Below are positions 1-13,236 of a DNA stretch of 64,000 bases, one piece after another (positions within the stretch are counted from its first letter, which is position 1; every line of letters starts with the position of its first letter). The notes beneath the pieces were generated by a model. The model did not search any database. It had not been told where the DNA came from and saw nothing but the letters and a program-made list of their open reading frames with translations. The stretch is from Octopus vulgaris. Its lineage: Eukaryota. A program made the position numbers and the translations under genes. Location of the stretch: the NCBI GenBank assembly GCA_951406725.2, contig OX597821.1:117614001-117678000 (forward strand), read 5' to 3'.

Positions 1-1884
1 CACAATCATAAGGCCATGACTTCAATTCTCAGCAGTGCAGTGTGTCCTTGAGCAAGATACTTTACTTTACATTGTTCCAGTCTATACAGCTGGCAAAAAC
101 GAATTGTACCTGTAATTCATTAGGGGCCAGCCTTGTCGCATTTGGTATCATGCTGAATCTTCCTGAGAACTACGGCAGGGGTACATGTGTATCTATGGAG
201 TACTCGGCCACTTGCAGGGGTATGTGTATTTGTGGAGTGCTTGGCCACTTGCATATGAATTTCACAAGCAGGTTGTTCCATTCAATGGATCAAAGGGAAC
301 CCTCATTGTCATAACCACTGGGGGGGGGGGGGCAGGGGCAGGGTCCAGTCTACAGATCAGATAGAACACAATGAATTCAGAACTGGGTCAGTGAGTAACA
401 AATTCGTCCACAAAGAGAAAGTCAACCAACAAAGGCAGACAAAAAAGAAATAAATCTTTATCTCTTAAACATAAGAAGTACTAAATAAGGTTCACTTAAG
501 CAGATCATATTAGAGTAGGTTGACCGATTGACCGCCTAACACTCCCTCGGTTACCATGAATAATGTTCCAGTTGATCTGGTCAATGGAACAGTCTGCTTG
601 TGAAATTAATGCACAACTGGCTGAGCACTGGCAGCTTGTCACCTTAATAATTCTAATACTACTACTAATAATAATGATGGACCCTGCTCCCAATAAAGGT
701 GACATGTGAATGTTCAACTATTTGCTGAAAGACCTGCACAAATGATTTGTCTATAGTGCCCCAGCATGGCCACAGCTCGTGAGCAGAAACTAGATCAAAT
801 GTTTATGTTGTGCATTAGTTCCCTCTTTCCATCAAATCAACGTTGGCTGAACAGGTGCATGGTGTACTATAGATCAGGTGTCAATTGATTGCAGAACAAT
901 GTGAAATGAAGCAGCTTGCTCAAGAACACAATGTACCACTTGTTCTAGGAGTTGAAATCCTGATTGTTAGATTGTGAGTGTAATGCCCTAAGCACTGAGC
1001 CATGTGCTGCTCCTGTTGTAATACCAGGCAGTGGATCTCGTGGCATCTGATCTTAACTGATTGGAAGTGTTATCATGCACATGTTTTGTTTTGGTGTAAA
1101 AGATGGACTACAACAAATATTCTTGGCAATACCACAAATTTACTTGTCAGTTGCTTGACCTTCACCAGTTGAGCGTGTCCCTTAGTGGCTGACAATATGT
1201 GCATCTCTGATCACGAGCAGAAGTAGTGGGGAGTATCATAGCCATGTGTTGAGAAGGATTCTTTGGGGATTTCAATAATTCACCCCTGAAAACATAAGTA
1301 TTTCGTTCATCATCCTTAAACAACCCTTATTCAGGGACCTTTTATGAGGAACCAGTGATTTGACCCGATGAGAATTCTAACTGGGCCCCACCTGGAAGGT
1401 CCTGAGCTGGTTATTTCGATATGAGCTCACAATGTTGCGCACCCATATTTGTGATGCATGTGCCTGGTGTACCTTTAATGGATGGGTAGTCATGATTTAC
1501 ATAATGGGTTTCCTATATTTGTACCCCAGCATCCCTTTGATGGCATGTGCTGCTCTCTCACTCAATAATAATTATAATAACAATAATAATACTAATGAGA
1601 CTGTTCCCACATCATTAGAAAATCTCTATGGATTTAAATTTTGGCGTTGTATTATATGGAGATGTTTCACATCTGCCCTTGCCACTTCCCCTGGTCAAGC
1701 TTTCAGTTATAGTGTAACATCTCCTACCCTTCACTTGCGCTAGGGTACTGGGTGTGTCTCAGCAGGCAATTGCATCAAACATGCAAATTAAGAGTAAATA
1801 ACAGTGATAACAACAACAACAATAACAATAATAATAATGAATAGTTAAGAAGGAAGGCAAAAGAAATTAGACATATATAATCCT

Positions 1885-2085
1885 TTTAAATATGAGATAG
1901 CTCAGCTGTGGAAAATGAAAAAGGTGAAGGCAGTACCAATTATTGTTGGGTCATTGGGGACAGTACCCCAGAAGATATGATGAGAAATATAAAGGAAATG
2001 CGTATCGAGTGTTCAGCAAAGTTGTGGCCAAATGTTTGCCTTCTTGGCATGGACAGAATCAACAAGAAAATATTAGATGGCTGAA
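1885..2085 (+). mobile_element. R4/Dong-like LINE remnant (restriction-like endonuclease C-terminus)
   Basis: KYEIAQLWKMKKVKAVPIIVGSLGTVP; a similar remnant lies at 25840-26030 (-): KYQDVAIELQILWK...PVVIGALGTIP. Confidence 0.65.
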
Positions 2086-2252
2086 CAGAATGGATAGTAT
2101 GGTACCATAGGCTGCATGTAGCAAACCGATTACTCATGCAAGACTCCAGCAAAAAAGAAAAGAAAAAAGAAAAAAATCCTGAATTGAAAGAATGATATTA
2201 AAAATATTAAAAAATAGAAATGCATTGGTGAGGTGAGTTAGAGGATACATAC

Positions 2253-2412
2253 CCTTTACAAGGGTCAAGCACAATGCTCCTGGGTTTCTGTGTGGTCAGC
2301 AAAGTAGCCTTGTATGTTGAGTCAAAACTCATCACTGAAATCCTATTGTATAACGCATCTGTCCAGTAAATCTTTTGACCGGTCCAGTCAACAGCGATTT
2401 TGCCAATGAAAG
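2253..2412 (-). CDS. LRP2: LRP2-like exon: YWTD repeats (gene continues beyond the left edge)
   Basis: Hand translation FIGKIAVDWTGQKIYWTDALYNRISVM...PRSIVLDPCKG; 160 nt, phase 1-2; the IVLDPCxG motif matches megalin as I recall it. Confidence 0.92.
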
Positions 2413-2866
2413 CTGAATCAAATGGAAGACGAGTTTATATCATGTACAACCACATTAAAAACATGTAGGCTAAAATACACTTACAACCAATGCTACATGT
2501 TATATGAATGTTTAAGTTGCAGTGTCACAAAGGATTTGTGTGCATGTCTTTTATTGTTTTACTTGTTTTAGCCACTGGAATGTGGCCTTGCTGGGGCACT
2601 TCTTTGAAGAGTTTTAGTCTAAGAGATCTACTTCAGGTACATTTTTTCTAAGCCTGGAACTTATTCTATCAGTATCTTTTGCTGAACTGCTATATACAAA
2701 ATTTTATCAAAAACCTTAAGAGTAAACCCTGTTCTATGTGACACATTCTACCAGTATTGGAAGTTTGAAAGTGTTTAGTTAAAAAATATTAATTAAATGA
2801 TTTGTACGTCAAATTCGACCTTGGTCAAATTTGAACTCAAAACATAAAGACAGATGAAATACCACA

Positions 2867-3011
2867 AAGCATTTCACCCAGCAGCCCAACGTTTCTGCCA
2901 ACCTTACAATGTAAGCATTTCACCCAGCAGCCCAACGTTTCTGCCAACCTTACAATGTAAGCATTTCACCCAGCAGCCCAACGTTTCTGCCAACCTTACA
3001 ATGTAAGCATT
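2867..3011. repeat. Three identical 46-bp tandem copies of a SINE head segment
   Basis: AAGCATTTCACCCAGCAGCCCAACGTTTCTGCCAACCTTACAATGT x3, following a SINE fragment. Confidence 0.9.
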
Positions 3012-3266
3012 CATTTTAGAAATATAACATTGTATATTTACTATATTATTTTGTATATTCATCCACATTAAATACTTACCATTTTATATAATTACTTACA
3101 TTGTATATTTACTACATTATACTGTATATTCACCCACGCTATATATTCAACCACATTATACATTTACCATTTTATATTGTTAATGATATTATATATTTAC
3201 CATTTTGTATAGTTACTCACATTGTATATTCACCCACATTATATATTTACCATATTATATATTTAC

Positions 3267-3506
3267 CTTGTTTGTTCTCCGGATCAATAACAAACTGTTG
3301 ACTGGTTTTCGTTTCAACATCATATCGGACTATAGCTGCAGGATTGTTTATACCATAGTAAATCTGATTGCTTTTAGCATCATATCCTACACTACTAACT
3401 TCGTCGGTGGCTGCAATAGTTGTAATCTTTTGACGTGTTCGGTTAGGGTGCAAAGATATTGAGTGGATGCTGGAATCAATGGCCATCAGCAAAAATTCCT
3501 TTGATG
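3267..3506 (-). CDS. LRP2: LRP2-like exon: propeller start
   Basis: SKEFLLMAIDSSIHSISLHP...GYDAKSNQIYY...DPENKQ; 240 nt, phase 1-1. Confidence 0.9.
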
Positions 3507-3611
3507 CTGAAAATAAAAGCAGGGTATTGCATAGCAGAAACAAGGCAGGTATTAAGAAAATGGATTTATTTTATTCTTTAATCTGAAAAAGTGAAGGTAC
3601 TTGGTCTAGAG

Positions 3612-3991
3612 CAAAGGTTCTCAACAGGGGGCCATATAACCCCTCAGGGAGTGCCATTTGGAGCAAAGGGGTTCTCTTGTACCAAAGAGCTCTCTTTTAA
3701 TAGATAACATGTCGATCTCATAAGTGTCACATGATGGAAATAAGCACAATTACCAAACTTTCAGTTCCTTATTTTGGATTCTTTGCATTTCAGTTTGTAC
3801 ATCTGTACTCCTGACTGCATGCAAGCGCAAATGTAAAACTACGTCCTTTATTTTTTAATCATTATCTGCTGATATCAAAGTAAGTAGTATATTGAAAAAT
3901 GAAAATATTTTCTGGTGGGGATGGGGGGGGGACATTTGTGACTCTAAGGGTCAAAAGGAGGCCTTTGGCTAAAATGGGTTGAGAGCCTTTG
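3612..3991. mobile_element. hAT-type MITE
   Basis: TIRs CAAAGGTTCTCAAC / GTTGAGAGCCTTTG; 8-bp TSD GTCTAGAG/GCCTAGAG. Confidence 0.8.
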
Positions 3992-4703
3992 GCCTAGAGG
4001 TTAGGTTGTGGTGTATTGGGTTCTTGAATTAAGCATTTCATTACTTCACTCAGCTGTAAGAGTGTAGCCCTACGAGGGGCTGGTGTACCGTTCAGGGCCA
4101 ATGTTGTGATATTGGTCACTTATACACCATTGAAACAGAATAACTGACCCGAAGAGCCCTTTGCTTCAAGACAGAAGAACCACCATCACCACCACCACCA
4201 CCACCACTATTACTCTGAAGAGGAGATAAATCTGTGTCTAAACTACTTGGAGGATTACATTATCCAACATGTCATGTCTTAAGATGGTAGAGTATGATTT
4301 GAAGAAGATCTGGCTGTTATTTCTAGTAGTTTGACTCTATAAAGGGCTGCTTTGTTGGGTTAGACACATTTAGAAAGAGTAAGGAGCAGAGTAGATTGTT
4401 ATGACCATGAGGGAGATTTGGTTGCTATTTCTAGCAGTTTGATCCTATAGAGGCTCTTTTTTTGGGGGCTCAGAGTCACTCAGCCTCATAGAAATTAAGA
4501 AAGAGGAAAGTAAGTTGTAACAACCATGAGGGGGATTTGGCTGCTATTTCTAGCAGTTTGATCCTATAGAGACTATTTTGTTGGCTGAGATCCACTCGAT
4601 AAGCTGTCACAGCTGTGTATTCGCATCTGTACCATGAGTTAAGTAAAAAAAGGAATCTTGTAGGGAAAGGAACTGTTGCAGAAAAACCTAAAATGTATCT
4701 TAC

Positions 4704-4832
4704 GTTTGCATTTCTTTCCATCAGAATCGAGGTCTCCTTCAACACATTTGCACGCAGGCTGAGGGCTTCCAGCAATAGCAAAGCATAACTGGTCACACCC
4801 ACCATTGTTGACAGCGCAAGGATTACTGGGAT
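4704..4832 (-). CDS. LRP2: LRP2-like exon: EGF repeat
   Basis: PSNPCAVNNGGCDQLCFAIAGSPQPACKCVEGDLDSDGKKCK; 129 nt, phase 1-1. Confidence 0.93.
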
Positions 4833-6464
4833 CTGAAAAATGTAACACAGTTGTGTATTTGAATGTTGGTTTCACATTTTGGCACAAGGTGAGCAATTTT
4901 GGAGGGGAGGGGCTGGAATATTACATCAGCCCCAGTGTTAAACTGATACTTGATTTGTTGACCCTGAAAGGATGAAATGCAAAGTCGACCTCAGTAGAAT
5001 TTGAACTCAGAACATGAAGACCTTCAAAATGCTGAGCAGCATTTTGCCTGGCATGCTAACAATTCTGCCTGGTGACCACCTTAAAAAGGTTACACAGCTA
5101 TGTAATAAATATTAAAAACAAATCTTGGGTGAGTCATCATACCAATAATAAGCACACACACACATTGACTCTGTTTCACTTCTTTTATTGTTATTAGTCA
5201 ATTGGTTAAGTATTTAACCAATTAACTAATCTACTTCAGGTCAGCTTCAGACCTAAAGTGGACAGGAAATGTCATTGATGAGATGATGAATGGCAACAAA
5301 AACATTTTGACAAACCTGATTGGTTTAATGATTAATCAAACAACCAATTGCTTAATTGGTTAAATAGCTAGCCATTCGACAAATACACAATCAAGAAGTG
5401 AGACAGAACCATCATCATCGTTTAACGTCCACTTTCCATGCTGGCGTGGGTTGGACAGTTTGACTGGGGACTGGTGAGCCAGATGGCTGCACCAAGCTCC
5501 AATCTGATCTGGCAGAGTTTCTATAGCTGGATGCCCTTCCTAACACCAACCACTCCGAGAGTGTAGTGGGTGCTTTTACGTGCCACCGGCACGAGGGCCA
5601 GTCAGGCAGTACTGGCAACAGCCATACTCAAATGGTGCTTTTTATGTGGCACTTGCACAGGTGCCAGTACAGTGGCACTGGTAATGACCTTGCTTGAATA
5701 TTTTTTCATGTGCCACCAGCACAAGAACCAGGAAGGTAACGCAGGTAACGATCATGCTTGAATGGTGCTTTTTACATGTCACTAGCACAGATGTCAGTCA
5801 TCGAATTTGATTTCGATTTCACTTGCCTCAACAGGTTTTGCAAGCAGAGTTTAGTGTCCAGTGAAGGAAAGGTACGCATAAGTGGGCTGGTTACACCCCT
5901 GGCATAGGCCACAAGGTTATGGTCTCACTTGAGCTGTGTATTTATCATTGGCATAATGATCCTGTCTGAGATAAAACAAAATAGGTTTCCGCACACAAAT
6001 TTGCATCAAAAATCTTGCAAAGCAAATATGAAAAGGAAATTCACAACAAATGTTATCAGCAAAAAATGGTTTAATAACATTGGAAGAAAGTGAAGCTGAG
6101 GAAACACTTCCCACATCAATAACAACAACAACATCACCATCATCATCATCAATACCAGCATCAGCAGAAGCACCACCATCTGTACCAGCACCACCAGCAC
6201 CACTACCATTCTCATCGCAATCATTTCCTGGGAAGAAATGCTGTGAAAGGACAAGGACATTATTCAAGAAAGTACCATTTCTCATGAAATATTGTTTAAT
6301 GGCTTCTAACATAGACACAATGCCTCCCTTTGGGGTAGGGGTCACAGCCCATTGTATTATGGTTCTTTCTTCTGTTAATGCTTGGAAGCGTCAGAAACAC
6401 AGTGAGTTAGCAGAAGCATTAGAATATTCTTTTCTACTCTAGACACTCTAGGCACATTTTTGGG

Positions 6465-6826
6465 CCAAGGGGACAATCGATTAGATCAACCCTAGTATGC
6501 GACTGGTACCTAATTTATCAACCCCGAAAGGATGAAAGGCAAAGTCAACCTCAGCAGAATTTGAACTCAGAATGTAAAGACAGATGAAATACCTATTTCT
6601 TTACTACCCACAAAGGGCTAAAAACAGAGGGGACAAACAAGGACAGACAAACGGATTTAGTTGATTATATTGATCCCAGTGCGTAACTGGTACTTATATA
6701 ATCGACCCCGAAAGGATGAAAGGCAAAATCAACCTCAGCAGAATTTGAACTCAGAACGTAACGGCAGACGAAATACTGCTAGGCATTTTGCCCGGCGCGC
6801 TAACGATTCTGCCAGCTTGCCACCTT
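6465..6826 (-). mobile_element. Tandem tRNA-derived SINE copies with a Meta-domain-like core
   Basis: Core CTTTGCCTTTCATCCTTTCGGGGTCGAT...AAGTACCAGT; other copies at 4900-5085, 26782-26993, 27120-27290, 30500-30750, 56690-56860. Confidence 0.75.
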
Positions 6827-7284
6827 AGAAGTATTTGAATATTGGACAAAACGTTTGGTGCCATTTCATCTAATTCTTTTCTGTTCTGATTTCAAACCCT
6901 GCTGAGGTTAACTTTATCTTTCATCACTTCAGGTTTGATAAAATAAAATACCAGTTGAATACTGGGTGGGTGGGTAGGTGGGTGCAGTGGTTTATCAATG
7001 TAATTGACTTAACTCATTCTTTTAAAAATTGCTTGCCGTAAACTCAGTAACGAACTGGGGTGGCCTGTTCATTTGGTGGGGTGGATGTTGTCATCTTGGT
7101 CACTTATATGCTATGGAAATTGGGCAACCAGACTTACAAGTCCTTGGAGTCAAGACAAAAGAAAAAAAGGAAGGGTTGGTGGGATTTGAACACAGAACAT
7201 AAAGGTTTGTAATTAAATATTGCCAGGTATTTTGTGTGATGTTCTACTGATTCTGTCCGAAATGTTAAATTCATATGGATATTT

Positions 7285-7520
7285 ACAATACTTTATTTAC
7301 ATTTGATAGATATTTATCTTGTTTGTTGTTAACACAACATTTTGGCTGATGTACCCTCCAGCCTTCATCAGGTGTCTTGGGGAAATTTTGAACCTGGGTT
7401 CTCATTCCTAAGGTATTTTTCAATGTTATTATTATTATTATTATTCAGGTTACTGCCTGGAGTCGAACTTGGAATCTTGGGGTTAGTAGCCTGCACTCTT
7501 AACCACTACATCATATATCC
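7285..7520 (-). mobile_element. tRNA-headed SINE with hammerhead-like 3' domain
   Basis: Minus strand GTAGTGGTTAAGAGTGC...AAGTTCGACTCC (A and B boxes), (TAA)n linker, then the hammerhead motif and an A-rich end. Confidence 0.65.
7331..7376 (-). ncRNA. Decayed minimal hammerhead inside a tRNA-headed SINE
   Basis: GACAC-CTGATGA-A-GGCTG..CAGCC-AAAA-TGTT-GTGTT; reverting two CpG deaminations restores GAAACGTT. Confidence 0.6.
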
Positions 7521-8274
7521 GTGGACAACTATTGAGTGAATTTTAGGGCTTATAAAACTTATCACACACCTTGTCCTGTCCCCAGTCACTTCTTTCCTGC
7601 TTCTTGTATCTTGAGGGTCCGGCCTGATGCTTCATCATTGCTATTTTATCTCTCTTTCCTGCTTCACCCAAAATAATATATTCACTATCTCAATCCTTCT
7701 GTCTTTTTAGGTGCTATGTCCAGAATGTTGGACATAGGTGACACAATTCTCTGATCTTTGTTTGTTCTCTGTAACAGTTCCACTTCTTGATGTTTAATGC
7801 CTCTGTCTTCTAACCAGTTCATCAAGATTGACATCCATATCAACCTCGCCTAGACTTGTGCCTCAGAGGGGAACTTTCTAGGTGCAACCCCATGGTCATT
7901 CATGACCGAAGGCGTCACCTCCTTATAACTCCACTCCACCAAGAAACCTGTTCTGTTCTGGACCCTTTTTCTATATTTTAGCCCTTTATTTCCAAATACA
8001 AAGCTGCCTCCCTTTGAACCATAACCCTCCTCAGCTGAAGGCGATCTTAGTTGCATAGTGACCTTACAATGCTGGTGCAAGGGAAAATGCACTCAATACA
8101 TTCCGTAAAGTGCTTGGTATAAGAAAATCTTCCAGTTTCTGAAACCTTGCTAAATCAGATATTGGAGCACAATGTAGTCCTGCCAACATGGAAAGCATGG
8201 AAGAGGAATATTAAAAGATGATGATGATGATGATGAGGATGGCAATTGTTTAGATATTGAAATCTCATACATAC

Positions 8275-8383
8275 CGCCTGGTTGGTTGGATTTATCAAAT
8301 ATTGCAATGTCCGTAAGATATCTTACATTTTTCTTGACGACAGTTGGGGCACCAACTCTAGAATTTTTATCCACTTTAAGGAC
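8275..8383 (-). CDS. LRP2: LRP2-like exon: end of propeller
   Basis: VLKVDKNSRVGAPTVVKKNVRYLTDIAIFDKSNQPG; 109 nt, phase 0-1. Confidence 0.9.
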
Positions 8384-9125
8384 CTAAAAATATGAAGCAA
8401 AATAGTGAAATAATCTATTTTCAGAAATTTGAAAAAAAAAAAAATAATGAGAAAATCATTTAAGTCCAACATTTTTTTGAGTCTTCATTATGCACAAGCT
8501 TTGCCATATGGTTAAGGAGTTTACTTTCCAACTATGGAATATCAGGTTCAGTCACACTGTACAGCACCTTGGGCAAGTGTCTTCTTTTATAACCCCAGGC
8601 TGACCAAAGTCTTGTGGGTGAATTTGGGAGGAAACTGTGTGGATGCCCTTTGGTCGCTATTTAGTTACATAATTTAGGTGTTATTGTAGGTTTAATATTA
8701 ATTTTATTTACCGACATTAGTGTACTTGGGGTTTATGTGTTTCCTTGTTGTAATTTAATTATAAAGTCAGCGTTTAATCCTGTCTAGAATTAGATTGAAT
8801 GAATGTGGTTATAAAGCTTTCACTTTTATACTATGGAAGGCTGGAGGGAATATTTTTTGCATGGCTTAAAGGAAAGGTCGCTTTTTAGTTTTATAATTTG
8901 GGAGTTGGTTATAGATTTACTTATTGAATTTATTTACTGATTCTATTGTACATTGGGTAAATGTGTTTCTTGTTGTAGTTTAATTAATAGTTGATATTTA
9001 ATCCTTGCTAGAATTAAGATGTGGTGATTTCTTGGGTATGTTTGTTCCCAAACAACACTTATTTTAGGGCTTTTGACACCTCCAGACTGAATGGTACTGC
9101 ACAGGTCAAAACCATCATGATATCC

Positions 9126-9173
<48 letters not shown>

Positions 9174-9441
9174 GGTATCTGTGTTTGTAACTTTGTGTTT
9201 GTTCCCTCCCACCACCACCACTGCTTGATAACCAGTGTTGGTTCCGTTGGTTTGTTTATGCTCCTGTAACTCAGCAGTTCAGCAAATGAGACCAATAGAA
9301 TGGGTACCAGACTAAAAAAATTAAGTGCTAGTGTTGATTTGTTCAAGTGAACTCTTCAAGGTAGTGCTCCAGCATGGCCACAGTCCAACGACTGAATCAA
9401 GTAAAAGATATTTTGTCTGTAAATATTGAATGTCAACCAAC

Positions 9442-9555
9442 CTGGTTCAGATTTCTGTCCACCCAGTAGACATCATCGTTAAAAACTGAGATCCCGTAAG
9501 GTGAAGGTAGGTTTGTCCGAATATAAGCTCGATTCCCACCACTGAAGGAAATGCG
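9442..9555 (-). CDS. LRP2: LRP2-like exon: YWTD repeat
   Basis: [38 protein letters not shown]; 114 nt, phase 0-0. Confidence 0.92.
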
Positions 9556-10440
9556 CTGCAAACAAAACAAAAGGGAAAAAAAGCAAAAACATGTATTTGC
9601 AGTTAAAACACAAATAAAGCTGTTTAAGGTTTTTTGTTTTTTAATTTGATCCAGGATCACAGAAGTATAAGGAATGGACATGAGATCATATGTTCTGCAG
9701 AACTTTGACATAAGGCAATAACATAAGGCATCAATGTTATCAATAACATAGGACAAGATCCCTTTCAGCTGAGAAGGGCCATGGTTTAAAGGGAGGCAGC
9801 CTTATATCAGGAAATACTGGGCTAAAATATGAAAGAAGGATCTAGAATGGAACAGGTTTCTTGGTGGAGAGGAGCTATGGGCCTAATTATATTATATATT
9901 ATTTTATTTTATTAGTTACTAGCAGGGACACAGTATTTTTTTTACAACCACAATATCAGGGCCTGTTTAAGACCCATAAAGGCCTTAAGCACTTGAAAGA
10001 TTTTGGTGCCCCCATATATATATACGTAATTCAAAATATAAACAACAATAAACCATAAAATGAATTTTATTTATTCTGCTTTTGTAGCAATTTTTTCAGC
10101 TCCCTGCCTTTAGTTCCCCATGGAATTAACAGCATTCCCCAAGTGGAATGGTATTCATGAAATAAATGAAACTAAAACAATAACAGAACTGGAATCTTAA
10201 GTGGTGTAGTTTGTTCACTATGTTAAATTTGTGAGACTGGTACCAGTGACAGGTAAAAAGCACCCACTACACTCTTGGAGTAGTTGGTGTTAGGAAGAGC
10301 ATCCAGCTGTAGAAACCAAGCCAAAATCAGGCTGGGACCTAGTACAGCTCATTTGCTTACTGGTTCCGGTCAAACCATCTAACCCATGCCAGCATGGAAA
10401 ATGAATACTAACCTATGATTATGATGATGATGATGAATCA

Positions 10441-10474
<34 letters not shown>

Positions 10475-11295
10475 TCATCATCATCTTTGTTTAACACCCA
10501 CTTTCCATGATGGCATGGGTTGGATGGTTTGACCAAGGACTGGCAAGCTAGGAGGCTGCACCAGTCTCCAGTCTGATCTGGCAAGGTTTCTACAGCTGGA
10601 TGCCCTTCCTAATGCCAACCACACTGAGAGTGTAATAGGTGTTTTTTACAGGCAACTGGCATGGGAGCCAGTCAGGTGGCACAGGCATTGACCACACTTG
10701 AATGGTGCTTTTTACATGCCACCAGCACTAGCATCAACCACGCTCGAATGATGCTTTTTACATGCCACTGGTTTGCTGGGTCTTCTCAAGTACAGCATAT
10801 TTCCAAAGGTCTTAATTGCTTGTCATTGCCTCTGTGAGGACCATCGTTTGAAGGTCATGCTTCCCCACCTCATCCTAGGTCTTCCTGGATCTACCTCTTC
10901 CACAGGTTTCCTCCACTTCAGACATTGACACTTCTTCACACAGCTGTCTTCATCCATATGCAATACATGACCATACCAGCACAATTGTCTCTCTTGCATA
11001 CCACATCTGATGCTTCTTATGTCCAATACATCTCTCAAGGTGATTACACTCTGTTATGTATGCACGCTGACATTACGCATCCACTGAATGGACAATGTTA
11101 ATGTTTTTTTTTAATAAAAAAACACCAGAATTCCAAAAGGTTTTATCAAATCATTAACTTGATAAGTCTCTATTCAACATCAATCATTAAAGAAATGTTA
11201 TGTGGTCATTTAAATTGAAATTACTTTTGGTGAATTTTCTTACAGCAAAAAAGTTTACAATGAAATTTTCTGTCACCAAAAAATAGAAGAATTAC

Positions 11296-11467
11296 CTGTA
11301 TAGCATCTATGACGTCATCAACCCAGTAAACATCGTGTGTTTTTATGTCGACTGTGATGTCCAACGGATGATTCATGGCATTTGAGACTAGCACGGTTCG
11401 ATTGGTACCATCCAGCAGTGAACGTTCTAGTCTGGCATTGGCTCCTCGAGTTGTCCAGTAGAGGTAC
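11296..11467 (-). CDS. LRP2: LRP2-like exon: YWTD repeats
   Basis: YLYWTTRGANARLERSLLDGTNRTVLV...DVYWVDDVIDAIQ; 172 nt, phase 2-0. Confidence 0.93.
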
Positions 11468-13100
11468 CTAAGAAACATATTGGCAAATATTGGTTTTGAT
11501 CAAAGCAAACCACTAACTTTTTGGTCTGTTTTTCTAAGATGTTGTATACAGGGTAAATTGCCGGAACATTCCTGATAAATGTATTCATTAAATGGAGATT
11601 AGCCCAAATGATTTTAGAAGTCTAACTCCTGAAACAATGGTATTGATCAATGGAGAGTCAACTAAGTTTCAGATTATAATTTTCCAATGGAATCAGATGA
11701 TATGGCATGGCTGGATGGGATGCTGACCATTGGGTTTAGCTAACTAAACATTCATCTCATTTTGGTGACTGGAAGTACAGGAGGCAAACACACACAAACA
11801 GAAATATACACATAGAAAGAGATAATGAGAGAGAGATAGAGAGAGAAAGACTACACACATAAAGACATAATAACAGTTTTCACACACATTAACAGAGAGA
11901 GAGAGGAGTGGGCAGAGAAGAAGAGAAACACTAAACGTCTGATGTGTAATCAGAGTTGAATTAATGGTGCCAAATAGGCAGTTGTGAAACGGTGATGCCA
12001 AAACATTTCCTTTCCATTTCCCAAAGCTTTGATGACAAAGGTCTTAGCTACATAACTTCCTGGATTTTCTGTTTCTTAATGTTTTGGTCACTCAATAAAT
12101 TAGAGTACTTACAACGATGTGTACTTGACTTCTAGGTAAAATAGAGTACATGTAAGGATATAGAGTACATGTAGGGATATAGAGTACATGTAGGGACATA
12201 AGCTATGAACCAAATGGCTCATTAGTGGACAAGTCTAACAGCTGTAATTTTCAGAATTGAATATGATATTGAGTTCAAATTTTGGTACAAGGCCAGCAAT
12301 TTCAGGGAGAGTCAATGGTCTGGGTTAGAATGGTTTGACTGCAGCTAAGCAAAGCCAAGAGCTGTATCAGGTTCCATTGTCTGCTTTGCCATGCTTTCTT
12401 CAGCTAGATGCCCTTCCTCATGCCAACCACTCTACAGAGTGTACTGGGTGCACTGGCAGGGTCTCCTGCAAGACAAACCTCCCTCAGTTGGGAGGGGGAG
12501 GAGTATTGAAGGAAGTGGCTCTGAGCCAGGTGATGAGGGGGTTGGAAGTATGGAGGGACAGAGATAGGTGTGTTGCCATGGGGGAGAACACATGGGATCA
12601 CGGGTTCAAATCTCAGATCGGGCGATGTGTGTGTTTATGAGCGAAACACCTAAGCTCCATGCGGCTCCGGCAGAAGGTAATGGCAAACCTCTGCTGACTC
12701 TTTCACCACAACTTTCTCTCACTCTTTCCGCTTGCATCTTGTAGCTCACCTGCGACGGACTGGCATCCCGTCCAGGCAAGGAACCTATATGCCAAGGAAA
12801 CCGGGAAACCGGCCCTTATGAGCCAGGCACGGCCCGAGAAGAAGGAATGGATGTAAATGACACAAGCAAGATTGCTCATTTCCAGTCTTCCATGAAAAGT
12901 ATGTCTAGCCTTGGGGAAATATTATTTTGCTCGAAAACAGGTGAGGGTTTGTAACAGATGTGCTTGAACAAATTCTGTCCAACCCATACAAGCATGGAAA
13001 AGTGGACATTAAGCCATGATGAGGATATAAAGCCCCTATAGGGGTTTCAAAAGTGTGTTGTTGATATTAAGGAGATTAAGAAGATTAAGTTTGTTTCTAC

Positions 13101-13236
13101 CTTTTGATTGGATTAACAGTTAAGCCTTGCAGGCTAAGAGATCTATCTTCCAAAATCACCTTCCGGTATGTGCCATTCAGACGGCACACTTCTATAAAGC
13201 CATCAGCCATTAGACTATTAATATAGTAAAAATTGC
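13101..13236 (-). CDS. LRP2: LRP2-like exon: YWTD repeat
   Basis: Hand translation NFYYINSLMADGFIEVCRLNGTYRKVILEDRSLSLQGLTVNPIK; 136 nt, phase 1-2. Confidence 0.9.

Noticed and set aside
5917-6442. Overlapping 130-142 aa ORFs with Pro/Ser/Thr- or Gly/Asp-rich stretches
   Set aside because: Low-complexity trinucleotide sequence within an intron; no domain, and the flanking exon phases already join.
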